Positions 1-12,559 of a stretch of 64,000 nucleotides of DNA are shown here, one piece after another. The position numbers and the translations under genes were made by a program. Origin of the DNA: a virus. The stretch lies in IMG/VR virus record IMGVR_UViG_3300033141_004289, positions 1-64,000 of that record; one strand, written 5' to 3'. The notes beneath the pieces were generated by a model. The model was not told the DNA's origin. It worked only from the letters and a program-made list of their open reading frames with translations, and ran no database searches. Every line of letters starts with the position of its first letter. Within the stretch, counting starts at the first letter, position 1.

Positions 1-903
1 CAATGAATGTATCGGCCAATTGTATTACTAGTGCTAATATTTTTATTGATAATACAAAGAGAACTCTAAGAAAAGTTAGTACAGAAGATTTAGAACAAGT
101 TATTCAAGATTGGATAGACATTAAAAATAATCAAAATGGATATCTTACAGGCCTTACACCGAATTGGAATGCAAGAACATTAGCAGAGATTAAAACCGAT
201 CTATATATACACGCTGATAAAGAAGCTACAAAATATAGAAATATTGTAGGTAACTTAGATCATGAGAATCATTTATTGCAGTTTCAAAAAGATAATATAG
301 AAATTAATGATGACCTAGCAATAACTCTAATTACAGATGTTCAAATAATGCTAGTATTTAAAGAGTGGCGTAAAAGAATAATAAAAGGAGACTAAATGAA
401 TTGTAATATAACAGATAAGGAAAGAGAAAACGGAAAAAGGTGTAGAAGTTTTGAATGCACAGGCTGTAGGGAATTTGCTCGTAAAAATATATCTCAGAAA
501 CAACAAGAAACAATAGATCAATTAGAATCTGCTTTAAAAAAAGCTGAGGTAGCAATTAACTTCACTAAAAATATAGCTGATATGACTGTAGCAAGTAACG
601 ATCAATTACAAATGTCTAATCGAGAAGCAATGTATCGTTTTAGTTCTATATCAAGGTTATTATCAGAAGCACTTGAACAAATCAAAGAGAGGTCTTAATG
701 AGTATGTATGATTGCGCTGCTTGCGGAGAAATTAGATGTGAACATGTTATAGCTGACAGTGAAAAGCAACAAGAAAGAATTAAGAATCTTGAATCAGAAC
801 TATTAACTTGGAAGTCATCAGCTGTAGGATGGAAGTTTATGTATGACGAACTTTATTATGCATCAGATGCTAACAATAAAGATTATGGATTACCTATGAG
901 TGA

Positions 904-1482
904 GTGGAGAAAATAATGCGTATATTAAAATTTAAAGAAGTTAATGAACATAAAAAAAGATGTGATCTTCAAATAGCTAATTTAATAGAAAAAGGAATAA
1001 AAGGAAAATGGGGTGATGAGCCTCACTTTTCTGAATCTGTAGTTGAAGATGAATATGGTGATTCAGTATTTTGTACAGTTCTTAGAAATCCAAATACCCT
1101 ATCCTTATGTGGATATGTTGGGGTATCTAAATCTCACCCAGCATATGGAAAACACTATGATGATATATATTCTATGGGCCAAACAATTGGTTGCCATGGT
1201 GGATTAACTTATTCTGATAGTAATATTTTAGTAAGTGCAGTAGCTAAAAGCGGTTTATGGTGGTTTGGATTTGATTGTGCCCATGCTAATGATTTAATTC
1301 CATCAATGCTAGTTCATAATCTACCTACACTTAATAAAGGTATATATAGGGAATTTGATGATGTTGTGAAAAATACTAAAGAATTAGCAGAACAAATTAT
1401 AAGGATTAGAGATGAAGGATTCAAAGGTTATTTGTCCAGATTGTGGAGAAGATTTCGATATTCAATGCCATGGTGGGGATAA
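904..1482 (+). CDS. Conserved phage protein of unknown function
   Basis: Motifs LCGYVG, HGGLTYS and WWFGFDCAH recur in a widespread phage hypothetical family. Confidence 0.6.
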   Translation: MEKIMRILKFKEVNEHKKRCDLQIANLIEKGIKGKWGDEPHFSESVVEDEYGDSVFCTVLRNPNTLSLCGYVGVSKSHPAYGKHYDDIYSMGQTIGCHGGLTYSDSNILVSAVAKSGLWWFGFDCAHANDLIPSMLVHNLPTLNKGIYREFDDVVKNTKELAEQIIRIRDEGFKGYLSRLWRRFRYSMPWWG

Positions 1483-1628
1483 AATGATTTGTAATAAATG
1501 CGATACTATTTGGGAATCCATTATGGAATATTGTAATTATTGCAGAGACTATACTAGATCAATAAAAAGAGCTGGTGGTGATTGTGAAACTTGTGGGTTT
1601 TCAAAGGTAACTCCAATAGATAGATAAG

Positions 1629-1844
1629 ATGCTAACTTTAAAAGAAAACGAAATTCAACATATTATAAAAGCATTAATTCATTGTGATGGCGATTTATTA
1701 AAAACAAGTAAATTACTTGATATTAATGTAAGAACTTTATATAACCGTAGAAGAAAATTTCCAGAATTAGAAAAATATGTTGCTACTAAAGCTGAAAACG
1801 ATAAAGAATTAAAGGATTACAAGTTAGATCAGTTTACAGGTTAG
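1629..1844 (+). CDS. Fis-like (HTH_8) DNA-binding protein
   Basis: TLKENEIQHIIKALIHCDGDLLKTSKLLDINVRTLYNR matches the Fis/NtrC C-terminal HTH pattern. Confidence 0.7.
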   Translation: MLTLKENEIQHIIKALIHCDGDLLKTSKLLDINVRTLYNRRRKFPELEKYVATKAENDKELKDYKLDQFTG

Positions 1845-1861
1845 AGGTTATGGATACGGCA

Positions 1862-2464
1862 ATGATTAAGATATTATTACTATTTTTATTATCGTTTAAT
1901 TTATACGCTTATAAATGTGTAAGGTTATCTAATCAATTTATAAAGTCAGGAAAAGAAATAGAATTACTTCACTTTCCTGAAACCAGATTAAACCATGCTT
2001 CAATCCAAGCAGAATATCGAAGCATTGATGTGGGTCATCTAAACTACACTATAGAAGATAAGAATTGGTACTATATTGATCTAGTTAAAACAAAATATAA
2101 TTTTTTAAGAGAAGGTATTCAGTCTACTTTAATTAAAACCTTTATAGAATTAAATAAGCCAGATAAAATTACTCTCCATTTTGGTGAAACAAATAAGAAG
2201 ATATTTCTAGAATCTGCCTTTGATGAGCTATTTAATCACCTCGCAGAACCATTCTATAAGGCCCAATTGGCCGAGGCACATCTAATTGATAACCAATGGT
2301 TAGGGCCATCAGATAAAATAAGTAGAGCGGCATTTAATACACCCACAGGCAAGGCACTATATAGGAATGGTTTTAATAAGGTGGTTGTTTCATTAAGCAC
2401 TTACCCAATTGCAGGTCACAGAAATATAAGAATTTTTTTAATATTTACTAAGGAGAAAAAATGA
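1862..2464 (+). CDS. Putative secreted protein
   Basis: Signal peptide MIKILLLFLLSFNLYA; no recognised domain. Confidence 0.5.
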   Translation: MIKILLLFLLSFNLYAYKCVRLSNQFIKSGKEIELLHFPETRLNHASIQAEYRSIDVGHLNYTIEDKNWYYIDLVKTKYNFLREGIQSTLIKTFIELNKPDKITLHFGETNKKIFLESAFDELFNHLAEPFYKAQLAEAHLIDNQWLGPSDKISRAAFNTPTGKALYRNGFNKVVVSLSTYPIAGHRNIRIFLIFTKEKK

Positions 2465-5096
2465 CACATTCAATTCCAAGAATTCAAGGAAAAATAGGTA
2501 CTATAGAGAGTGATGATGAGGATAATGGTAAATATGTTGCCACCATTTATGCGACTGTAATGGGTGGTGGAAAAGGTGAGGAAATGGGAACCATAGGCCC
2601 ATTTGAAACAGAAGAGATAGCAAAAAAAGAATTGTCAAAAGTATGTGAAAACATATGTAAGGATATTGAAATAGAAATGACTGGAAAGAGTTCTGGAATG
2701 TATGTTGATATGAAAGATAATAAAACAAAGAAGTGGGGAGAAGATGAATCAAGAGATTAGAGTATCTGAAACAGAGTTATATTTATTAGCTGCAGAAGAG
2801 GTCATGGAAAATTTACCTTTGACCAATAAAGAATTTTATCCAAAAACCAAAGATGAGTGTATTGATAAATTAATGGAGATAGTAGCAAATAAAGGTTTAA
2901 CTATTGATTGGATTAAAGCAGTAGCCGAAGCAAATATATCAAATAAATATACTGCAATTGATTGTAGTAATGAATGGCAGTGGTCTTTCCTAGGTGGGAT
3001 GAATAAAGCAAAACACACCAGAGAAGAGTTCGTTGAAAAGATAGCAAGTATTCAAAAAGGTTTAAAGGAAAAGAAAATAATAGTGAGTGATAAATATGGA
3101 AAAAGGTATTTTACGGATGGGGAAAAGTAATGGATAAAGAAGATACTAATAATTTTAATCAATTAGAACAAGAGGCAACAAAATTATTAGCTTATTTGGT
3201 TATGGGGGAATCATCAAACCCAAACCACCCTATTGACAAAACAATTGAAAAAGAAATGCCGATACAGATAATTCAAAAAAGAATTAATGTACTTGGTTTA
3301 CCTATTAAATTAAATAGTTATGCATTAATTAGTTCATTAATATTCTCTACTAATGCTGGTAGAGCAGTTGTTTTTTTAATAGATATACTAAGGAGTTTAC
3401 CAAATTCAGGTGAACTACACTCCAAATGGTGTGATAAAAAACTAACTGAAGATGATATAAAGAGTATTGACTTGAATTATATTTGTGAAAACGTATATCC
3501 ATTTGGAGTATATAAAGAAGAGGTTTTTGGAGATTATATAGATAACTATTTGAAACCAAGAAAAGTTAATTGGAGTGAAATATATTAATGGACTATGTAA
3601 AATTAGTTGAAGACACAAAGAGATCACCTGATTGTTATATTGGAAAAGTAATTAATATAGATTTAGATGATAAAAATGGAGTATGGGATTGTATCGCCAT
3701 TGTTACAAATATTGATGAATCTAAGAGTATCTTTATTGAACACTTTAGTAGTACAGACTATTTAATATCAGATGTAGATAAAACTGTAGTAGAATCAGCA
3801 TTTAGACAAACTATTTCAATGTTAAAAATAAAGGCAAATGAAGCCGAATATGAAATGCATAAGTGTATAAATAAACTAAACCGTTGTAATCACTACATAG
3901 AAGATGCTTTAAAATAAACTTGTATTTATCCTTTTTGGAATATAAATTTAATGCAAAATAGGGGTGTGGATATGAAATTTTTAAAACATTGGCTTATAGG
4001 ATTTTATCTAATATTAAAATTAATAATAGGTTGTATTATTGTTCTGTTATTGTTTATCCCTATGGCCCCATACATGTTTTATTGCGACCATAAAGAGATT
4101 GATAATAAATATGCTAAGTGGTGGTTTAAATTTACATTTGGATTTGAATAATGGGTAAGTATAAAATAAATAATATTTATTACACAGTTGGTTCTAGAAA
4201 ATTTAATTCCTGTAGAGAGATGGCAACTCATTTTAATGTAGCTGTTGAGACTATTCATGTATGGGTTAAAAAAGGTGTAACAACTGATGGCGATATTATA
4301 AGGGTAAGAAAAGTACCGATAAAGTAGGAGCAAATATGGATATTGGAAAATTTAATCAAAAAATAGGCAAACTAAAAAGACCAATTGAATTTACAGAATT
4401 TTGTAATAGTTGGTTACAGAACGAAAAAAGAATAGGCATGAACTATGGAGATAAAACATTACAAATCTTAGAACAAGTAATGTTTATAGGTTATTCATTA
4501 AAAGAAGAACTCAATGGTCCAACTATTATTGATGAACCAGATACCTTATCTAACGAATTAGATAAGGCCTTTGAAAAATTAGATAATCAAGTAATTGAAA
4601 AACCTAAGAAGAGAAGAAGACGGAGAAAAAAGAATGTATGATAATTGGATTAGCGGAATATATAACATCACCGATGGGATGTTCAAGTATTGGGAATCCC
4701 AAGATGAGACAGTATGGCTTAGAAAAATTATAAGGGAAAATCTGGGAGAAGATTATTTATATGACGAGAATGAAATAAGTAAGTTTGTACCTAAAGATGA
4801 ATATGAGGGAATAAAGAGAAGCCAAACTACCGAGGGTAAAAAGGGAATAAAATGAATAAGATATTTATTTGGGATAGAGCAGAGAACACCACAGAATGTT
4901 ATCATAATGAGGCAGCAGTTGTTATAATTGCTTTAACCGTTGGTCAGGCAAGGGCCTTATTAAGAAATAATATAGGGAATAATTTAAAAGAGTCTAGTGA
5001 AGTGTTTACAAAATCACCCGACCATATAGTTGAGATTACAGATCATAAATATTTTGTATTCCCAGATGCGGGATGTTGTTAATTTAAAATAAGGAT

Positions 5097-5510
5097 TTGG
5101 ATATGTTAAGTAGTACAAGAGTCAATGAAATTTTAATAGATTGTTTATTTAGGCCCAATGAGATTGGAGCCGATGACATACCTCTTTTACCAGATGTTAA
5201 AGTTGAAGGTATAACAATGACATTCTATTTTCATAAAGGAAGATTAGAGAATCATAGAATAGAAATTCAAAGTTTATTATTAGAATTACCAAATGAATTC
5301 ATGGAAACAGGTGGCGGTGGTTATTCTTTTCTAAAGGCCTGTTATGATAGAAAAGGAAGACAGTGGGGTGAACATAGAAATATGGAGGCATTATTTTGTC
5401 TAGGTATAGGTATTAATAAAGTTGCTTACTGTATGCCTAGAGATGTATGGGAGGCATTACCGGGATCAGTGCCTTATTTGATAGTAAAAGATAAGAGCTG
5501 GTTATGCTAG
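5097..5510 (+). CDS. Conserved phage hypothetical protein
   Basis: GGGYSFLKAC..QWGEH..LPG.VPY motif pattern. Confidence 0.5.
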   Translation: MDMLSSTRVNEILIDCLFRPNEIGADDIPLLPDVKVEGITMTFYFHKGRLENHRIEIQSLLLELPNEFMETGGGGYSFLKACYDRKGRQWGEHRNMEALFCLGIGINKVAYCMPRDVWEALPGSVPYLIVKDKSWLC

Positions 5511-5743
5511 TTTTAGAATCTAAAGCAGTTATTGGGATGATATTTATACTAGTTAGGTATTCTAAAAATTATAATCAAGAACAGATGTGTAAAATATTAT
5601 TAACTACTCAAGGTAATTTATCTAAAATTGAATCAGGTGCTAAATTACCTAGTGGCGAAATAGTCCTTAGAATGATTGAATTATTTAATATAAATGCTAA
5701 AGAATTTTTTAGGGAGGCAACAACAGATGAGCTTAAATATTAA
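5504..5743 (+). CDS. XRE-family HTH regulator
   Basis: NQEQMCKILLTTQGNLSKIESGAKLPS fits the Cro/CI-type HTH. Confidence 0.75.
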   Translation: MLVLESKAVIGMIFILVRYSKNYNQEQMCKILLTTQGNLSKIESGAKLPSGEIVLRMIELFNINAKEFFREATTDELKY

Positions 5744-7686
5744 AACAGTTTGGGCATTATGTGATGATTGCGGTAAAATGGCCCATTGTGCTTTATGGAG
5801 AGATACACATTTTCTAATCTGTCCAGATTGTGGCTTATCAAAATTTAGAATTGATGACTTTATATTAAAAGAAATTGAGGAGGATATGGAAAATGGGAGC
5901 ACCTGAAAGATTTCAAATTAACTTTCAAAAATATATTGGAATAGGTATTGGTATAGATACTTTTCCTTATGCTTTGTTTATTACCATAGATATATTATTT
6001 ATTAGTATAGCGATAGGAATTGGTAAACCATATACTGAAAAGTAAAGGAAGAAATGAAAGAAGAATTAATAGGTACAATTATGGGGATAGTTTTTGCATA
6101 TATAGTTTTCGGTATGTTTCAACTACTTGTAGCAACAGTAGAGAGTGATAAGAAAATGTGTAACCACCCACCTAGAAGGATTGAATATATTCTTCCGGGT
6201 TATAGGCTAGGATGTTGGTTAAACGAAAGAGTAGACTAAAGGTATAGAAATGATCGAGATAGCATTGTATTTTGAAAATAAGTCCCATAGTGTCTTTGTT
6301 ATAGTATCTGGAACCTTAGATAATAAAGAGTGGCTTATTGAATCTGAAAATGGAGAGCATGGAACATTTGATATTGAAGGAAATCATATTGATTATTTCA
6401 AAAAACAACTATTAAAAAATGATTACCATCTTATAGGTATTTTATAATAATGAATAACAATGAGCTAAGAGAAGAGAACATTAAGTTAAAGAGATTATTA
6501 AGAGGTCATAATTCAGCATTACAATTATTAAACAAATGTGATGAACTAGAAAAAGAGAATAATATCTGGGTGCATAGATACAGAGATTCATTATCCCAAC
6601 TAGAGGCCCTTAGAGTTGATTTACTAGATGATAGAGTAGGGAATAAAAGGAAATTAGAAAAGGTTTTTAAAATAATAAGAATAATAAGAGGTGAATAATG
6701 ACCAGTTTTAGTTTTAATAAGTTTTTAATACCGATCTGTTACGCTGGGGTTGTTATTTCCACTGTAGGTGAGATTTTCTTTGATATTAATATGGGTAACT
6801 CATCATGGTTTTTTCTTATCATGGCAGGGATGTATGAGATTCAGGAGAAACTTAATGATAAAAATTAACATGCCTGATAACGAACAACTCATTCGAGAAC
6901 TGGAAAGTGAAGTTGCTCGGTTGAAGGAAGAGAATAAAGAGTTGATAAAAGCAGTTGAATTTTATAGCAACTCTGATGACCTTGGAGTATGGGGATTGCA
7001 AGCTAATGACTTTGGCGACTTTGCAAGAGAGTGTCTAAAGAAAATACAAGAGTTGATGGAGGAATGATGGATGCTCAAAGAGAAATGACTTTAGACGAGT
7101 GGGTTAGGAAATTACCGAGATATCACTTAGCCAGCATAGAATATAAGACGTTAAAGGATAAACTAGACACAGCAATTTCTGCCCTTAAAAAGCTCCGTAC
7201 CATGGATACTTGGCAGAGCGTAAAACAGATTAACGATTTTTTAGATGAGACTTTAGAGGGGGTTGAATAGAATGGGAAAATGTAAGCATTGTTCTATACC
7301 GAACATAGAAGAAGAGATTGAGAAAAAATACAATATTTCTATATATGAAATTAAGTTCATTGCCCATGGTTGTGGTACATCGGTTTGGAGAAAACTCGTT
7401 GAGAAAATACCTTTTAAAAAATGGGCAAAAAGAGAGCTAACCAAAAACACTGCAAATTATACCCTGTAAAGTATAAATTGAGTTAATACTCTAAGGAGTA
7501 TAACGCTGGAGAGAGTAATGTACTGGGTAGCTGATTTAGAACACGATATAATGTGCTATTGTTTAAAAGAAAAAGGTAAGTGGTGGGCCAATCATTTTTT
7601 TAGAAATAAAGAGGTTAATGATTTGTATTTAAAGATTAGAAAACTTCCAGTTGATAATGTTTATAAATATATATTAGGAGAAGATA

Positions 7687-8037
7687 ATGAATGGTAAAGA
7701 GTTTGTAGAGTTTCACAAAAAGACAGTTACTAAAATGAATGAAATCTGTAAGGCCAAGAATGATGATTATTCAGGTGGTGGAGACGTATATGCCTTTAAT
7801 AATTTCACAATGGTTGAAAGAAAAGGTGTTTGTTCTACCGAAGCTGGCTTTTTAGTTAGAATGGAAGATAAGATGATGAGAATAAATAACTTAATTAAAA
7901 AAGGTAGTGCATCCGTTAAGGATGAATCAATAGCAGATACTTTAATGGATTTAGCCAATTATTCTATCCTAATGATGGGTTATTTAGAATCTAAAAAAAT
8001 AGCCATTGGGGATAAATATAAAAGTATAGGAAATTAA
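7687..8037 (+). CDS. DUF1599 / nucleotide-modification-associated domain 1 protein
   Basis: KNDDYS...VRMEDKMMRINNL...DESIADTLMDLANYSIL signature. Confidence 0.75.
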   Translation: MNGKEFVEFHKKTVTKMNEICKAKNDDYSGGGDVYAFNNFTMVERKGVCSTEAGFLVRMEDKMMRINNLIKKGSASVKDESIADTLMDLANYSILMMGYLESKKIAIGDKYKSIGN

Positions 8038-8646
8038 AGTGAGTAGTCACAGTGTTAAACTACATCAGCGATTAAAAGATTTTAAGGCCATACAGAAGTC
8101 ACTTAGTTATAGCGTTAAAAATGAGTACAATATGGGTGTTTATAATGGTTTAGAAATGGCATGGTCATTACTAAATAATAAGAAACCTGTTTATATGGTA
8201 AAAGAAAATGGAAAGAGAACATATGCATTAGAGCAAATAAAAAGAGAGGATGATGAATAACAATATAGATAAATTTAAAAACGAGTTAACTCATTTAATT
8301 AATAAATACAGTATAGAAAATGAATGGGATATGCCCGACTTCTTAATTTCTGAGATGATTACAAGATTCATTATAACCTGTGGTCCAACAATGAGAAAGA
8401 ATCTTGATTGGCATGGAGTAGATTCTGTTTGTCATCCAAGGTTAGTAAAGAAGCACCCATTAGTTGGTCAATTACCTAAAGATGATCTTGGCCCAAGTGT
8501 TACATGATCCAGAGTGTCAAAAAGTAATTCAAAAATATCCAGTACTTAGATATAACCGTTAATCCAGTAATTTCAATATTTGTCTTTTTATAATTTAGTG
8601 ATAGGCTATTAACTATACTATTAAGGTTAAAAACAAGGAGTAATTA

Positions 8647-9132
8647 ATGAAAGTTTACAACCATGACGTATCGAATTTAGTACGAAGAATGCGAAGATTC
8701 AAGGAAGAGATGGTAAAATCAGTATCTTCTGGTGTTTCTGAATTAGTCTCTCACGATTATGTTAGACTAAATTCCTATTTGGCAGCAATTAAGTTTTTCA
8801 AGGCATGGATGGTTTCTCAACCAGTTCTTGACCTTCCAGAATCAAGTCCAGAAGAAATTGAATTAGGTGAAATGCCAGAAGCTCAAATGGTTGATAATGA
8901 TGACCTCGCCCTTATTATTAAATTATTTGAACTAGTAGAATACGAATTAGTTAATTCTCAGAGTGCAAGAAGAAGTACAGGCCTTGTCTCTCATGACGCA
9001 TTAAGATTTGACTCTTATGTTGAAAAAATTGAAAGATTCTTAGCTGATTTCGTAGATAATACTAATCCTCTTGATTTACCAGAATCCGCACCAGCAGTTG
9101 AAATGACTGGATCAGGTAGATTAGGCGTTTAA
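8647..9132 (+). CDS. Internally duplicated hypothetical protein
   Basis: Strong SD (AAGGAG), own terminator, two LVSHD..R..SY...LDLPES.P repeats. Confidence 0.7.
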   Translation: MKVYNHDVSNLVRRMRRFKEEMVKSVSSGVSELVSHDYVRLNSYLAAIKFFKAWMVSQPVLDLPESSPEEIELGEMPEAQMVDNDDLALIIKLFELVEYELVNSQSARRSTGLVSHDALRFDSYVEKIERFLADFVDNTNPLDLPESAPAVEMTGSGRLGV

Positions 9133-9159
9133 TTTTTAAAGTCTATTTTTGAATTATAG

Positions 9160-9183
9160 AAGGGGGAATATTCCCCCTTTTTT
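9160..9183 (+). terminator. Rho-independent terminator
   Basis: AAGGGGGAA-TA-TTCCCCCTT followed by a T-tract. Confidence 0.85.
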
Positions 9184-9559
9184 ATTACCACAGGATGTAG
9201 GTATGTATAAATTGACAAGCATTGTTAGGAATAGACAATATGCAATTCATAAATATGACACCACTATTGGATTCTTTCATATCTTTTTAAACGGCAATAC
9301 TGGAACAATTTATGGATTAGAAGGTAGAGGAATTTTTAAAGGATTGGCCAATAATTTAGATTTAGTATATGACGAGTGTAAAATAGATATTATAAATGCA
9401 GTAATGGAACCTCATGTAGTACAAAAAATAGAGAAATTTCTAAACTGTGGATATGAATTAGAAGTTGGAAAAGAATTGAAATACGATGGCAAACGAATGT
9501 TTGAAATTTCAATTACTAAAAAAGTTGGCTTTTAAAAATTTGGAGAATAAGATAACTTT

Positions 9560-9880
9560 AATAGAGTTTTAATGACTACTGAGGGTAAATACACCGGTCA
9601 GCGTAATTTAGTACGAACCTCAATCAACTATTTAAATAAGGCCGGTTCATTAAGACAATACAATAATATCACCCTAACCGTATTAGCCATGCTGTGAGAA
9701 GCAACTATGAGGGAAGGGGATTATGGTCAAAGGTAGAACCAATCTCACAGAGGTTTTACGGGGTAGGAAAGCTTTTAACGTTCTGTCAGGTATAACGTAA
9801 ATGTTGTATTATTGATAAGGAACTATGCTAGACCGAAGCTAATGGAAAATCTTAAATAGAAGTCGCCTACCCTTTTTTAT
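9560..9880 (+). ncRNA. Candidate structured non-coding RNA(s), family unknown
   Basis: No ORF in the track, GC-elevated, nested helices (CTGTGAGA/TCTCACAG, CCGTA/TACGG, AATACAATA/TGTTGTATT, TTAAGA/TCTTAA), ends in a T-tract. Confidence 0.55.
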
Positions 9881-9917
9881 TTCTTTAATTCAGTTTTTCA
9901 TATATCATTTAATTAAT

Positions 9918-9996
9918 GGGGTATTGGTCTAGTCTGGTCTAGGATATCTGCCTGTCACGCAGAAGGTCACCAGTTCAAATCTGGTATATCCCGCCA
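9918..9996 (+). tRNA. tRNA-Asp (GUC)
   Basis: Acceptor GGGGTAT/ATATCCC, anticodon arm TCTGC-CTGTCAC-GCAGA, T arm ACCAG-TTCAAAT-CTGGT, discriminator G, encoded CCA. Confidence 0.95.
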
Positions 9997-10015
9997 TTTT
10001 TTTTAAGGATATGGA

Positions 10016-10312
10016 ATGACTAAATTATTTAAGCACCACCATAATAGTCACATAATTGTAGCATTTGATGTCGATGATACTTTAATCACTGTTACAAATA
10101 CCCCTAAATATGAAAATATCCAATTATTCAACCTATTTAAAAAACTAGGTTGTCATATGATTATCTGGTCTGGTTGTGGAATAGACTATGCTACCAGATG
10201 GTCTGAGAAATTAGGATTAGAAGCGCAGATATTAGAAAAGGGTAGTATATCACCCCATATTGTTTTTGATGATATGGAAACAGCTATGGGGATAGTAGCA
10301 ATTCAAGTTTAA
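10016..10312 (+). CDS. HAD-superfamily phosphatase
   Basis: AFDVDDTL motif I, IIWSG motif II, FDD motif IV. Confidence 0.75.
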   Translation: MTKLFKHHHNSHIIVAFDVDDTLITVTNTPKYENIQLFNLFKKLGCHMIIWSGCGIDYATRWSEKLGLEAQILEKGSISPHIVFDDMETAMGIVAIQV

Positions 10313-11910
10313 TGGAGTAAATTATGGAACCAGATTTTAGTGACGGAGGTAATGGAATACTATGGCAAGCAGAGTATGAGATCATAGATGGTAGGCCCTC
10401 AAATAATATGTATCATCGACAGTTACATTTTTTATCAGAATATCATAGAACCAAAGGTGATGAATCTAAAACAGATCAGAATTTTTCATTAGATAATATG
10501 ACAGGTGTTATTTGTTGGTTAAAAAAATTTGATAATCCAAATAAAGATGTTCCATTATTAGGGCATCACTCGTTACATCCTAAAGACTTCTTCTTTTTTC
10601 TATATGCTAAATATCCAATCATAGGATTCTGGTTCTTATGGATTCCTATGATTGCAATGATTCACAGCTGCTGGAAAACATATAAGGTCAGAAACGGTAA
10701 TAAAATGATTGCAACTGACGGAAAAATACTAGCTTTTACTAGAATTAAAGCATTTGATTTAAAAATCACTGGGATTCTGTGTGATTATATTATATTAAAA
10801 CATAGTAAATTCAAGAATTGGAAAGAAGTATTTGACCTTTATCATGGTGACAGGTTTGGAGATAGAGTTTTAAACTACACTCTATAAAATATGGATTTGG
10901 TTAGGGGCATAAGATGATTGATTGGAAAACGGTATTTATTCGTGCCACAACAAAATATGAAAATAGTAGAATGGGCTACAACGAGTGCATTGTAGAAGAG
11001 GCCCAAAAATATGTATTAAGAAGTATTGAAAGACAAGGTGTTCAAATTCAAGAACTTAATCATCAATATTTACATAACGTGAAAGTATTCGAAGACGAGA
11101 TAAGTAGATTAAAAAGATATCTAAAATGTTCTGGCCCGCATAACCCAACCTTTTTAACTAATGGCTCTTGTCCTAAATGCGGTTGGTTAGAATTTGAGTT
11201 TCATGGAGTAAAAAAATGACACAGATAACAATTAATGTAGAAACTTGGTTTTCAGTACTTATGTCCATAATGTTCTGTTTTATAACGGTCTTAGAATTTA
11301 TAAATATTTCTTATAATTACCGACTATTTAAACTTAAAAAAGAGAGTAATAAATGGAAACAAGAAATTGCGAAATCTGCGGCGGTAATGTCACAGTCCTT
11401 GGAGAAGTAACTAAGTATTACAAAAATTTAGATTTAGGTGAAATAACTAATTTAAAAAATGACAATCAATTCTTAAAAGACATATTAAAGATTATTGCTG
11501 GACTAGGTGATATGGAAACTAAAGAACAAATTATAGATCGTGCCAATAGCGCACTAAATTACTTGGAGGAAACAAATGGGAAGTGAAGATAAAAGGGATT
11601 TTAATGCTGTAATAGAGAATATGATTAAATCAACTGTAGCTATAGAAGCAGAACAGGCATCATTGGTCTTATTAGATTCTGGTTATAGATTAACTATCCA
11701 ATTAGATAAAGAAGATAAGGAAGAGGAATGACCGTAACATTAGACCTTATTCAAATATTTGTAATTATATATGCTTGCTCTGTTAATTTCATAATGATTG
11801 TATTCTCAGATTGGCAGTCTAAATATGGTTGGGATTTATTTTGGACGGTTGCTATATTTATTACAACAAATGTAATGATATTCTTAGCTTATAACCACGA
11901 TCTTATTTAA

Positions 11911-11939
11911 TTGCACCTTTAATTCTTTTAATTTAAACT
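11911..11939 (+). promoter_or_regulatory. Sigma70-like promoter
   Basis: TTGCAC-N17-TAAACT, 6 nt before the ATG at 11946. Confidence 0.5.
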
Positions 11940-12559
11940 TTCATTATGAAACTACCAAGTATCCCAACTGGGAAAACAGTTTACCTAATGTGTCATAGTT
12001 GTCTTCAATTTCAGCCAACAGATGAAAGTAATTTAAAAAGTAGTAAAAGTTTAGGTAAAGACTTTATTGAATATATATGTCCAGACTGCAATATACTTAA
12101 TATTGTATTAAAATCTCAAATCGCTTATTCAGAAGAAGCAGCCTATATTTCGGCCATTATCTTTTACCAAAAATTAGATGAATTAAATCAATCTAAATTT
12201 AATGATCTAATGGACCAATATTCCTCAACTGTCAAAAAGATAGGTTTAGCAAATTCTCTCATATATACTATGGAGAAATACTTCTATGATATAATTGAAC
12301 TACTAGAGGCAAAGGATTATTCTGGGGTTCACAATGAAGCAATGGATGGCCTAAATTTTATAGAATCTCAAAAAGGTGATATAAGTGAAAAGCGAAAATA
12401 GATATACAATTGGTAAGGTGATTTGTTTTATAACATTCTACGATGAAACAGGTAATTGCGATGTAAGAATTGAGAACCAATTATTTAAATATATTCCTAT
12501 AGAATTAATAGAATTAATTGCTGAACCAGCACCGTAAAATAAATAAAGGAAGGTAAAGA

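Noticed and set aside
9578-9625. Hammerhead ribozyme
   Set aside because: Lacks the CUGANGA and GAAA core
9755-9875. RNase P RNA (GGAAAG... and ATAGAAGTCGCCTA resemble CR-I and CR-V)
   Set aside because: The two segments do not form the P4 helix with a bulged U, and the spacing is off
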